Shown: positions 11,781 to 21,642 of the stretch, one piece after another | How positions within the stretch are numbered: position 1 is the stretch's first letter | Layout of the letters: each line of letters starts with the position of its first letter | Notes under the pieces: model-generated | Told to the model about the DNA's origin: nothing | What the model saw: the letters and a program-made list of their open reading frames with translations, nothing else | Database searches by the model: none | Made by a program: the position numbers and the translations under genes | Assembly (NCBI GenBank): GCA_965218095.1 | Contig: OZ244587.1 | Location: forward strand, 1,728,001-1,792,000 | Direction: 5' to 3' | DNA: 64,000 nt | Source: Candidatus Poribacteria bacterium | Lineage (GTDB): Bacteria > Poribacteria > WGA-4E > PCPOR2b

Positions 11781-11820
11781 TTTGGGATTACCAAAGGAGA
11801 CAAAAATGCCACAAGAATTA

Positions 11821-12640
11821 GGTTCTGTTGACATTTGAGTATAAGGTTGTGGCATAATAGAAGAATGACGCCAATAACCTTACCTGATGAACAATGGAAT
11901 AAGATATACCGGTTTCTTCTAAGCTGTCCCACCATCTATGTTGGCGACGAAGCTGCTACACGCCGCTTCGTCGAAGCGGTTCTGTGGGTGACTCGTAGTG
12001 GGGCTCAATGGAGACTTCTACCAGACACCTATGGCAAATGGAACACCCACTACAAGCGGTTTGCTCGATGGTGCGACAAAGGTATCTTCACACAGATGCA
12101 CCACCACTTCGCCTCTGACCCCGATATCAAGTCGCTTATTGTGGACAGTACAATCTGCCGCGCTCACCCGTCTGCGGCGGGCGCCGAAAAAAAAAGGGTG
12201 GCACTGAAAACCAAGCATTAGGTCGGTCTCGGGGCGGTTTCAGTACAAAAAATCACATCACAGTTGACGGACTAGGCAATCCGCTAAGAATACATCTGAC
12301 ACCCGGTCAGAGACATGACATAACTGAGGCAGAAGGGTTGATAATCGGATATAACAGTGAATATGTGATTGGAGACAAGGGGTACGATTCGGACGCTTTT
12401 ATCGCCGTTATTGAGGCGAATGGAGCAATTGCGGTGATACCGCCAAAAAGTCATCGTGTTGACCAAAGAATGTATGACAAACACTTATACAAAGAGAGAC
12501 ATCGGGTTGAATGTTTCATTAACAAGATAAAATGGTATCGTCGTATCTTCTCTCGGTTTGAGAAGCTAGCTGTCCGTTATTTTGGATTTCTCAGCTTTGT
12601 CTCCACTCTTATATGGCCCCGTTGAAATGTCAACAGAACC
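11821..12640 (+). mobile_element. IS5-family element, copy 2, 820 bp
   Basis: Same TIR and TA flanks as 1692-2511; nearly identical ORFs 11835-12221 and 12338-12625; inverted relative to copy 1. Confidence 0.93.
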
Positions 12641-12642
12641 TA

Positions 12643-12731
12643 GTAAGTTATAATTTCTTTCATCTACATAGATCCGCGCCAGGAGCGGAGTCCCTGGACT
12701 GAAAGTTGAACAAACTATTTATAATTTACTT
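12643..12731. repeat. ~90-bp MITE, copy 2
   Basis: Matches 7418-7503; right end TTTATAATTTACTT. Confidence 0.8.
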
Positions 12732-12892
12732 TAGAGCCTATCTAATAATTCAGATTAACCCAGTGGTTAGAGCTAATTGATGACTCGTTCAATGAGCAGG
12801 TGGATGAGACCCAGTATCTCTCCCCCATCTTTCAGAACGTGATTCAAGCAATCAGGAAAGAAAACTTCATTCCACAGGAGCTCAGGTAAATC

Positions 12893-13031
12893 TATACTCA
12901 ACACCGCGTCAAATTGCGCTTTTAAGGGCATCTGTCATCCTGAACGAAGTGAAAGATTTCTTACGCTGAGATTCTTCGCAAAGCCTCAGAATGACAGCCG
13001 AAAAGCGCGGTTTCGGGCGGTGAGTAGTATA
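12893..13031. repeat. MITE-like element containing a palindromic REP-like doublet
   Basis: Ends TATACTCAACACCGC / GCGGTGAGTAGTATA; internal CTGTCATCCTGA...TCAGAATGACAG. Confidence 0.6.
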
Positions 13032-13045
13032 CGTTTCACTAAACT

Positions 13046-14272
13046 ATGCAAGCTATCCAATACATCAAAAGTATCCCGCGCTATCTGATCGTGCGTCTCT
13101 TGGGAGAACACTGGAACTGGCTTTACACCTCTGGCGCTGCGTGTATCCGTTTGGTTGAGATCGACGAACCGAAACTACCCACCCCAGATTGGGTGAAAAT
13201 CAAGGCACACCTCAGCGGGATCTGTGGCTCAGATCTCGCGACGATTACCGCGAAAGGAAGCCCGTATTTTTCGCCCTTTACGTCGTGTCCGTTTGTGCTC
13301 GGACACGAAGTTGTTGGAGAAATTGCGGAGATCGGATCGGGGGTCGAAGGGTATACTATTGGGACTCGTGTTGTCCTTGAGCCCGTGCTATCGTGCGAGA
13401 TTCGCGGCATTGAACCGCAATGTCACCAGTGCCAGCACGGGCAGTTTGCGAACTGCGAAAATATTACTCAAGGAAATATCTCCGCAGGCATCCAAACAGG
13501 CTACTGTCGTGACACAGGCGGGGGCTGGAGTCCCTGCTTTCTGGCGCATAAAAGCCAGATTCATCCCGTGCCAGATGACCTCTCCGACGAGATCGCCGTT
13601 CTCATCGAACCATTTGCATGTGCGTTACACGCTGTTTTGAAGGCCAATCTCAAAGACACGGACGAGATCTTGATCATTGGCGCGGGGACGGTCGGACTTC
13701 TCACGGTTGCAGCAATCCGCGCCATTGGGAAATCGAACCGAATTCTGATTGGCGCCAAATACCCGCACCAGGGTAAACTTGCACGCGAACTTGGTGCCAA
13801 TGAGATCCTCGCCCCTGACAAAGGGCTCTACGCAAATTTCTGCCGCTTGACGGGTGCGGCAAGCTATCAACCTGAGCTTGGCAAACCCGTCCTGCTCGGT
13901 GGCGTCGGTGTGACGTTTGACTGTGTTGCCTCCGCTACGACAATCGACGACGCCCTCCGTTTCACGAGAGCCCAGGGACGTGTTATGCTAGTGGGTATGC
14001 CCGCCATTCCGAAAAACATCGATTGGACATCGATCTGGTACAAGGAATTGAAAGTCAGCGGCGCATATACTTACGGAGTCGAAACCTACAAAGGCAAACA
14101 GATCCGCACCTTCACGCTTGGGATTCGACTGCTGGGACAGATGGGGGATAGGCTGCTCCCTTTAATTGGAAAGCCGTTCTCGCTAAAGGATTACCGACAA
14201 GCGATCCAAGCTGTGCTGTACACCGGAAAATCCGGTTTGGTGAAAACAACCTTCGATCCACGGTTATTGTGA
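13046..14272 (+). CDS. Zn-dependent alcohol dehydrogenase (MDR) family protein
   Basis: GICGSD, LGHEVVG, CxxC..C structural zinc site and GAGTVG motifs. Confidence 0.9.
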   Translation: MQAIQYIKSIPRYLIVRLLGEHWNWLYTSGAACIRLVEIDEPKLPTPDWVKIKAHLSGICGSDLATITAKGSPYFSPFTSCPFVLGHEVVGEIAEIGSGVEGYTIGTRVVLEPVLSCEIRGIEPQCHQCQHGQFANCENITQGNISAGIQTGYCRDTGGGWSPCFLAHKSQIHPVPDDLSDEIAVLIEPFACALHAVLKANLKDTDEILIIGAGTVGLLTVAAIRAIGKSNRILIGAKYPHQGKLARELGANEILAPDKGLYANFCRLTGAASYQPELGKPVLLGGVGVTFDCVASATTIDDALRFTRAQGRVMLVGMPAIPKNIDWTSIWYKELKVSGAYTYGVETYKGKQIRTFTLGIRLLGQMGDRLLPLIGKPFSLKDYRQAIQAVLYTGKSGLVKTTFDPRLL

Positions 14273-14388
14273 AACGTGATGTGCACGATTTCAAAGAAGC
14301 AAGCTCACCTTGATGAGATCAAGGCAAATCTGAGCAGCATTGTCATTCAGCTAGATGACCTCAAGCCAAAGATATGTAGGGGACTCTC

Positions 14389-15981
14389 ATGCAAAGGCGA
14401 ACCTTCGTTACCGGTGGTCCCGTCGTACCTTCGGAAAACTACCTCGTTCCAAGAGAGCGGGAGTTGGCTGACTTTCTGGATCGAGTTAGGAGTGGAAAAT
14501 ACATCGTTATTTTTGCGCCACAACAGACGGGGAAAACCACCTTTTTCTTTCGTGCACTCAAACAACTTGCGCAGGATGCGTCTTATATTCCAATCTGGAT
14601 CGACTTCCAGATTTACTCGGAGGCAGCGTCAGAGACGTTTTATCGGCACTTCATGCAAAGAGCCAGATTGATGATCAAAGGTCGACTTAAAGAGATTGAA
14701 CTTTCTCGGTATACTGACGTTGCTGATTGGATGGATGGACAAAATGTCACCGATCACCTTTCGTTTCAAGATTTCTTTGGTGGATTACATGCTCAACTTC
14801 CCGAAACGAAAATCTGCATCATCATTGACGAATTTGATGGCATCCCAAAGGATGCCTTGCGAAATTTCCTCTACACATTCCGGGAGATCTACAACGCCAA
14901 GAAATTATCCAATACCAACAACTACCTTCACAGCGTTGGCATCGTCGGTGTCAAAAGCATCGCACAGTTGGATTTTGATCGCAGTATTTCCCCGTTCAAT
15001 ATCCAAGACAGGTTTGCCCTCCCAAACTTCACGCGGGAGCAGACAGCGAACCTCTATGAGCAGTACACTGAAGAAACGGGACAAGCATTGGCACCGGAAG
15101 TGATTGAAGCTGTCCATCATAAGACAGCGGGACAACCTTTTCTGGTCAATCAATTGGGGCAAATTTTGACTGTAGAACTTGGGGTTGACACAACCGAAAC
15201 AATCACGTTGGAACATTTTCGTAAGGTTTACAGACGACTGCCCAACGACAATAACACGCACTTTCAACACCTGAGACGCAACATCAATCGAAAGCCAGAA
15301 TTCAAACGCATCCTGAACTGCATTATGTTCGATGATCGCGAGTTCGACTTTAACATCAACGATGTGTTAATCAGCGAATTGAACACTTACGGCATCGTGC
15401 GCGAGAACGAGGAGGGGATCTGTGTCATCGACAATCCGATTTATCAAGAGATCATTATCAAAACCTTTACACCCACAATTAACGGCATTGAGGATGAATA
15501 TCTCCCTGAATCGGGAGAAGATTTCATCGACTACCTATCGGAGGAGGGGAAGGTACAGATGGACGTCCTATTGGACAACTTCTGCGATTTCATCGAGCGG
15601 ATAGGATATCGCATCCTCGAAGTTCCTAAAACCCCTCAAGAATTTGTGGGACAGTATCTTTTGTTGACTTATCTGGATCTCTTTGCGTGACAGATTGGTG
15701 GGCATCTATATCCTGAAGTCCCAACGGTACATGGACGGATGGACGTTATCTTGCTTTACCGGGGAGAAAAGCACATCGTTGAAACTAAACTATGGCGTGG
15801 GGAAAAGCGTTATCAACGAGGGAAAGGCCAATTGGCATCGTACCTGAAGACAGAAGGCGTTCAACGCGGATATTACGTCGTGTTTGATCGCCGCCACAAC
15901 CCCGAAGCGCGATACGAGCAGGACACAGTTGATGGAAAGGAGATCGTGAGCTACTGCATCCCTATTCCAACCGAAAAATAA
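14389..15981 (+). pseudogene. AAA-like ATPase with C-terminal PD-(D/E)XK nuclease domain, in-frame TGA at 15688
   Basis: APQQTGKT, IIIDEFD and TAGQPFLV motifs; after the stop the same frame continues EVPTVHGRMDVI..IVETK..QLASY. Confidence 0.8.
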
Positions 15982-16001
15982 AAAGCTAACGGAGGAAAAA
16001 T

Positions 16002-17621
16002 ATGTCCAACCAAACAACAAACAAAAAAATACCAACGCTTGAAGAGATTCAGAAAGAGTTTGAGGATTTTGTCAAACGGAAGTACGGCGGTACTGTTAGC
16101 TTTACGATGTCACAGGCGAAGCCGTCTACGAACGCAGCGGATGATACAAAAACGTCCACGTCAGAAGAAAAATTGTTCAATCTGAAATTTGACCTCAAAC
16201 CGAAGGAGGTTAAGCAGTATCTAGACCGTTATGTTATCAAACAGGATGAGGCGAAGAAAGCCCTCGCAATCGCCGTGTGCGATCACTACAATCATGTGCG
16301 AGAATACCATGAGAATCCGAAAGTCGCTGACACCGATTACTCAAAGCAGAATGTCATCATGCTCGGACCGACAGGCGTAGGTAAAACCTACCTGATTCGT
16401 CATATTGCCAAACTAATCGGTGTGCCGTTTGTTAAAGCGGACGCGACCCGATTTAGCGAAACCGGCTATGTCGGCGCAAACGCTGATGACATGATTCGTG
16501 ATCTGGTTACGCAGGCGGACGAAGACATTGAACTGGCTCAATACGGCATCGTTTACCTCGATGAAGCGGACAAGATCGCCACCCCACCGAACATCATCGG
16601 ACGCGATGTCAGCGGGCGGGGTGTGCAGATCGGTCTGCTCAAACTGATGGAGGAGACGGAGGTTGATCTTCGCGCAGGTTGCGATGTAGCTTCCCAAATG
16701 CAAGCCATGATGGAGCTCCAGCAGAAGGGCAAGGTTGAACGGCGAATCATTAATACCCGCCATATCCTTTTCATTATCAGTGGAGCGTTCAACGAGCTGA
16801 AAGAGATTATCCCAAAACGCTTAAACGAGAGAAGCATCGGCTTTAACACAACAGTGAAGAGTCAGACTGAGGAGAAGGATTACTTTCAGTACGTCACACC
16901 GCAGGATTTCATCGAGTTTGGATTTGAACCCGAATTCATCGGGCGTCTGCCCGTCCACGTTGTTTGCCAGGATCTCTCCGTCGATGATCTCTACCACATC
17001 CTGAAGCACTCAGAGGGGTCTATCATCCGTCAGTACGAACAGGCGTTTCGCGCTTATGGGATTGAAGCCCTGTTTTCGGATGAAGGGCTGCGTCAAATTG
17101 CCAAGGAGGCGCATGTTCAGAAGACCGGCGCGCGGGCGTTGATGACGGTTTGCGAAAAGACGTCGCGGGAGTATAAGTTCGAACTGCCGTCTTCCAGCGT
17201 CCGAGAATTTGTCGTGACGGCAAGCGTCGTCGATGATCCGGCAGGTGAATTGAAGCGGATTATGGAAGACCCAGACTACAACCGCCAGATCGTGATGCGC
17301 GAGCGAGTTCGCCGTTATGAAGAGAACTTCCAACGTGAACATCAGATGCAGATCCAATTTGACGATGAGGCCACAGAACTCATCTGCCAAAAGGCGATAG
17401 ATCAGGAACGAGGGCCAAAGGAAATCTGTGAGGAACTGCTTCAGAGTTATCAACACGGACTGAACCTCATCAGACAAAATATGAAACAGTCTGTGTTTAT
17501 CTTCACCAAAGCGGTGGTGGAGAACCCTGATGATGTGCTTGAACGGTGGATCCGCGAGTCCTATGCGGCGAAATCGAGAGAGGAAGGAAGAGCATCATCG
17601 GAGGCCGACAGCGATGTGTGA
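16002..17621 (+). CDS. ClpX-like AAA+ ATPase without zinc finger and with C-terminal extension
   Basis: GPTGVGKT, DATRFSETGYVG, YLDEADK, RDVSGRGVQ, IGF loop, PEFIGRLP and TGARAL motifs. Confidence 0.85.
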   Translation: MSNQTTNKKIPTLEEIQKEFEDFVKRKYGGTVSFTMSQAKPSTNAADDTKTSTSEEKLFNLKFDLKPKEVKQYLDRYVIKQDEAKKALAIAVCDHYNHVREYHENPKVADTDYSKQNVIMLGPTGVGKTYLIRHIAKLIGVPFVKADATRFSETGYVGANADDMIRDLVTQADEDIELAQYGIVYLDEADKIATPPNIIGRDVSGRGVQIGLLKLMEETEVDLRAGCDVASQMQAMMELQQKGKVERRIINTRHILFIISGAFNELKEIIPKRLNERSIGFNTTVKSQTEEKDYFQYVTPQDFIEFGFEPEFIGRLPVHVVCQDLSVDDLYHILKHSEGSIIRQYEQAFRAYGIEALFSDEGLRQIAKEAHVQKTGARALMTVCEKTSREYKFELPSSSVREFVVTASVVDDPAGELKRIMEDPDYNRQIVMRERVRRYEENFQREHQMQIQFDDEATELICQKAIDQERGPKEICEELLQSYQHGLNLIRQNMKQSVFIFTKAVVENPDDVLERWIRESYAAKSREEGRASSEADSDV

Positions 17622-17634
17622 AACGAAAAAATAA

Positions 17635-17690
17635 GGAGTGTACAGACTCTGTTGCGGCCGCGAAAACAGAGTCTGTACACTCCATTTTTT
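17635..17690 (+). terminator. Strong hairpin / intrinsic terminator
   Basis: Perfect 19-bp inverted repeat GGAGTGTACAGACTCTGTT / AACAGAGTCTGTACACTCC followed by a T-run. Confidence 0.75.
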
Positions 17691-17696
17691 AGACAA

Positions 17697-17760
17697 ATAA
17701 ACTTGACTCACAAGGTCATATATATTATAATTAAATCCGACCAAATTGGTAATCAATATT
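17697..17760 (+). promoter_or_regulatory. Sigma70 promoter overlapped by putative Rrf2 operator(s)
   Basis: TTGACT (17703) - 17 bp - TATAAT (17726); AAACTTGACTCACAAGGTCATAT and AAATCCGACCAAATTGGTAATCAAT resemble IscR/CymR-type sites. Confidence 0.65.
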
Positions 17761-17772
17761 TGGGAGGCAACC

Positions 17773-18225
17773 ATGCGGTTATCTGCTAAATCGAAATATG
17801 CTGTTTTAGCGATGCTTGAGTTGGCACTGCAATATCGCAGAAAATTTGTTCCTGTGACAGAGATTTCAGAAAAGCAGGGCATTTCACGTCCGTTTCTTGA
17901 GAAACTCTTGCTGCAACTTAAACGCGCCGGTTTGACAGACAGCCGTCGTGGTCCCGACGGTGGGTACAGTCTGGCACGGCCCCCCGCTGAGATTCGCATT
18001 GGAGATATTTTCAAGGTGATGGAAGGTCCCGTCGATTTCACGGATTGTTTTGACTCGCCTTCCCAATCCGAAGCGACCAATCACTGTATGGAATATATAC
18101 TTCAAGAAATCGAGGAAGGGATTTGTAAAGTCTTGAACGCAAAGACTTTACAAGATCTGTGTAGTAAAGAGCGAGAGTTTCAACGTCTCGCCCAACCCAA
18201 CCCCACCCATTCTTTTTCAATTTGA
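17773..18225 (+). CDS. Rrf2 family transcriptional regulator (CymR/IscR-like)
   Basis: MRLSAKSKYA, FLEKLL and SRRGPDGGYSLAR motifs; GGAGG RBS. Confidence 0.9.
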   Translation: MRLSAKSKYAVLAMLELALQYRRKFVPVTEISEKQGISRPFLEKLLLQLKRAGLTDSRRGPDGGYSLARPPAEIRIGDIFKVMEGPVDFTDCFDSPSQSEATNHCMEYILQEIEEGICKVLNAKTLQDLCSKEREFQRLAQPNPTHSFSI

Positions 18226-18240
18226 TGGACTGCATAAGAA

Positions 18241-19191
18241 ATGAAGATTGCTGAAAACCTTATAGACCTCATCGGCAATACACCACTGGTTTGCCTGAAC
18301 TATTTGCCCGGCCCAAACGACGCAACAGTCTTCGCAAAGTTGGAATCGTATAACCCGGGCGGCAGCATCAAAGACCGGATCGGTTATGCCATGATAGCCG
18401 ACGCCGAAGAACGGGGGTTACTCAAACCGGGTGACACGATCGTTGAACCGACGGCTGGTAATACGGGAATCGGGCTTTCGATTGTCGCGGTTGCGAGGGG
18501 ATACCGCGTCATCTTGACCATGCCAGAAAACGTCAGCCGGGAGAAGTACACGCTGCTTTCCTCTTTTGGCGCAGAAATCGTACTGACGCCTGAAGATTCC
18601 GGAATGGGTGGGGCAATCTGGGAAGCCGAGGAGATTGTCAGAGGAAATCCGAGTTATTTCATGCCGAACCAGTTTCAGAATCCGGTGAATCCTGAGATTC
18701 ACCGACAAACGACAGCGCGTGAGATCTTGGAAGACTTGGATCGGGAGGTCGATTTTTTCGTCGCCGGCGTGGGGACGGGGGGAACATTAACAGGCGTTGG
18801 GGAAGTCCTCAAAGCCCGTCGCTCTAAAACTCAGGTAGTTGCCGTGGAGCCGAGCGTCTCTCCAGTTTTGTCAGGTGGAGAGCCGGGCCCGACCCACATT
18901 GATGGCATTGGAGCAGGCAGGATTCCAGAGGTATTGAATGTTGATATTATCGATCGAGTGATCACGGTATCTGACGAAGAAGCTTATCAGATGATGCGGC
19001 GGATTTCAAAGACTGAAGGTTTACTTATCGGCATGTCATCAGGGGCAAATGTCCATGCCACATTAGAAGTGGCTCGAGATCTTGGCAAGGATAAGACTGT
19101 TGTCACGATCTTGCCGGATACAGGTGACCGTTATTTTAGTCTCGCCCAGTATTTTGAACGGGAAATCGATCCAGAAGTCGATTTTGAGTAG
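18241..19191 (+). CDS. cysK: Cysteine synthase (O-acetylserine/O-phosphoserine sulfhydrylase)
   Basis: IGNTPL, KLESYNPGGSIKDR, EPTAGNTG, GVGTGGT and PDTGDRY motifs. Confidence 0.92.
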   Translation: MKIAENLIDLIGNTPLVCLNYLPGPNDATVFAKLESYNPGGSIKDRIGYAMIADAEERGLLKPGDTIVEPTAGNTGIGLSIVAVARGYRVILTMPENVSREKYTLLSSFGAEIVLTPEDSGMGGAIWEAEEIVRGNPSYFMPNQFQNPVNPEIHRQTTAREILEDLDREVDFFVAGVGTGGTLTGVGEVLKARRSKTQVVAVEPSVSPVLSGGEPGPTHIDGIGAGRIPEVLNVDIIDRVITVSDEEAYQMMRRISKTEGLLIGMSSGANVHATLEVARDLGKDKTVVTILPDTGDRYFSLAQYFEREIDPEVDFE

Positions 19192-19244
19192 TTTCGCAGA
19201 TTACACCCTGAATCTCTGTATCACAATCGGCGGTTATAGAAGGG

Positions 19245-20021
19245 GTGGCTTATTCATTGAATGAATTGACAAACCGAAATTTGATAAATGAAGAGTTGTG
19301 TTACCAAGTACGCTTGCTTGAAGAACCGCGGGAGATTTTGTTCTACCTCTTTAAGCGTTTCAAGGAGCGAGCGGCGATTGTCACGAGCGGACAGTTGTCC
19401 GGAATGGTTTTGATTCAGATGGCTCATGAAAATAAGCTGCCATTTCGGGTCTGTACGATTGATACCCTGCGTCTGTTCCCTGAAACTTACGAATTCCTCG
19501 AGCGCGTCGAGGCGCATTACAACATTCCCATCGAAAGGATTACGCCGGATACGGGAGAGGTAGATCGAATGGTGGCAAATCACGGAGAACATCTGTTTTT
19601 CGATAGCAAACAGAAACAGGAATATTGCTGCAACATCAGGAAAGTGAAGCCGATGCAGCGATTGTTGGATACCCTGGATGTCTGGTTTTCCGGGCTTCGG
19701 CGAGATCAATCCGGTGATCGGCGATACATACCCACAGTGGAAACGATTGATCATAACGGACGTCCTGTTCTGAAGGTCAATCCACTCGCAGATTGGCCCG
19801 AAGCACGGGTCTGGGAATTCATTCACGAAAACGATGTGCCTGTAAATCCACTGATGAAGCCTCAGAAGCACGGACATTACTATGAATCGATCGGATGCAT
19901 CATCTGTACAACCCGGATCCGGCCCGGTGAGCCGAAACGGGCGGGACGGTGGCGATGGCAAAACACAACTTCGCCCGAAGATGAAAATAAGAAAGAATGC
20001 GGGCTTCACTATGCAATATAA
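19245..20021 (+). CDS. cysH: APS/PAPS reductase (Fe-S type)
   Basis: IDTLRLFPETY, CCNIRK, GLRRDQ, SIGCIICT, RAGRW and ECGLH motifs. Confidence 0.9.
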   Translation: MAYSLNELTNRNLINEELCYQVRLLEEPREILFYLFKRFKERAAIVTSGQLSGMVLIQMAHENKLPFRVCTIDTLRLFPETYEFLERVEAHYNIPIERITPDTGEVDRMVANHGEHLFFDSKQKQEYCCNIRKVKPMQRLLDTLDVWFSGLRRDQSGDRRYIPTVETIDHNGRPVLKVNPLADWPEARVWEFIHENDVPVNPLMKPQKHGHYYESIGCIICTTRIRPGEPKRAGRWRWQNTTSPEDENKKECGLHYAI

Positions 20022-20061
20022 AAGTAATTTTATTTGACCTACAAAGAAGGGAGCTTATACA

Positions 20062-20334
20062 ATGGCTGTTACAGTACGTATTCCGACTCCACTGAGAAGA
20101 CTCACGCAAAATCAGCCGGAAGTTGAAGCGGAGGGAGACAATATTGAAAGTCTCATTGAAAACCTTGAGGCAAACTACCCGGGGATTAAAGAACGCATCT
20201 GTGATGAATCCGGTAATATTCGCCGTTTTGTCAACTTCTACCTCAACGACGAAGATATCCGCTTCTTAGACGGAAAAGCAACGGCAGTTAAAGATGGCGA
20301 CGAGATCTCAGTTATCCCTGCAATCGCAGGTTGA
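20062..20334 (+). CDS. Ubiquitin-like sulfur carrier (MoaD/CysO-like), ends AG rather than GG
   Basis: VRIPTPLRRLT, RRFVNFYLNDEDIR and GDEISVIPAIAG motifs. Confidence 0.88.
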   Translation: MAVTVRIPTPLRRLTQNQPEVEAEGDNIESLIENLEANYPGIKERICDESGNIRRFVNFYLNDEDIRFLDGKATAVKDGDEISVIPAIAG

Positions 20335-20482
20335 AGTGTAGTCCGATTAGATCTCAATGAAGCATCGAGGATTCAAAGCAATCGGACGAGCACGGGAATC
20401 CCGCGCTATCGGGGCGGCTAGTCGTGGTTAATTTGGTTGCGTGAAATGTAAAATGTAGAACGGAAATATTTACGTTTTACGC

Positions 20483-21106
20483 ATGGTGAGGGGAATCGAA
20501 GTGTTAGTGTTACAAAGCGAGAGTTTGGATCAGATCTACGCGCACGCAAAGGCAGAATTTCCCGAAGAGTGCTGTGGCATCATCTTGAGCGACGGGGCCC
20601 GGGAGTTCGTCCGGAAGTGCCGGAATGTACAAAATGAACGGCATGCCGAAGCCCCGGAAATGTATCCCCGCGATGCACGCACCGCTTATCTGATAGACCC
20701 GAACGACTTAATCCGCGTGCATAAAGAGGCTGAAACCGAAAATCAACCGATCAAGGCATTTTATCATTCACACCCGAATCACGACGCCTACTTTTCGGAG
20801 AAAGATAAAGCGGATGCAATGGCCTGGGACGAACCGATGTATCCCGATGCAGCTTATATTGTGGTCTCCATCTATACTAACGTCTTCCACGCCTTCTTTG
20901 CCCGTTTGAGGCATGTTGCATGCCTTCTCCTGCCGTATCCCTTCGGAAAACATGCTCTCACTAAGTCATCGGGAGAAAGAATCAGGTACTTGTCAGCATC
21001 GGGGTTGCGCTCCCTGTCAAGTTGTACGACCGCAAAGGCTTTCGCTTGGAGTGAGGCTGACACGGACTTTGTAGAAGTGCCGATACACGCAAAACGTGAT
21101 GCGTAA
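20483..21106 (+). CDS. JAMM/M67 metallopeptidase (Mec-like) with ~50-aa foreign in-frame insert
   Basis: PEECCG and YHSHPNHDAYFSEKD JAMM motif. Confidence 0.85.
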   Translation: MVRGIEVLVLQSESLDQIYAHAKAEFPEECCGIILSDGAREFVRKCRNVQNERHAEAPEMYPRDARTAYLIDPNDLIRVHKEAETENQPIKAFYHSHPNHDAYFSEKDKADAMAWDEPMYPDAAYIVVSIYTNVFHAFFARLRHVACLLLPYPFGKHALTKSSGERIRYLSASGLRSLSSCTTAKAFAWSEADTDFVEVPIHAKRDA

Positions 21107-21139
21107 GAGGATTCGTTAATTCAGAAAGGAGCGATAGAC

Positions 21140-21379
21140 ATGGCATCTTTAAGACTTCGTTTGACTTTCCCGCCGGATCTGATCACTGAACCCATCATCC
21201 ACAACATCGGTCAGCAGTACAATGTGGTCACGAGCATTCGGCGCGCTGATGTCACGTCCGACCAAGGATGGGTTGTTCTGGAGATTCGGGGCGAGCCCGA
21301 CGAGCTTGAACGGGTTGTTGAGCATCTCAAGAACATGAAGGTGCAGGTTGAGCCGGTTGAGGGGGATGTGGTTCAGTAA
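21140..21379 (+). CDS. NIL domain protein
   Basis: LTFPPDLITEPII..VVTSIRRADV..GWVVLEI..PVEGDVV pattern; typical neighbour of sulfur-carrier operons. Confidence 0.8.
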   Translation: MASLRLRLTFPPDLITEPIIHNIGQQYNVVTSIRRADVTSDQGWVVLEIRGEPDELERVVEHLKNMKVQVEPVEGDVVQ

Positions 21380-21642
21380 GGAAACGATCTAGTAGGTCCA
21401 GCTCGGAATCGCCCCATGTGCAATCCCAACACAAATCACAAGCAGCCCGCCCAATCCAGGGCACCGGAGGGTAGATCAGATGATGTATCCACGCTGGCAA
21501 ATGCCAGAAGATTTGCATCATGCTCGGTTGTGCCAGCATGCTCAGGCGGCACAAGACCTGACGGCGTTGGAATTTGAAGAGCTGCTGAAGATTGAGGTTA
21601 TCCCAGTAAACGTCGTGGCACTGCACCCCCATCCGAAAGATG

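Noticed and set aside
19254-20009. Long antisense ORFs (also 36888-37679, 50098-50889, 4451-4990, 22249-22935)
   Set aside because: They are shadows of well-supported genes on the opposite strand with no motifs of their own
21380-21642. Independent CDS between NIL and the IS701 derivative
   Set aside because: Both strands give short ORFs without a recognisable family; likely gene debris
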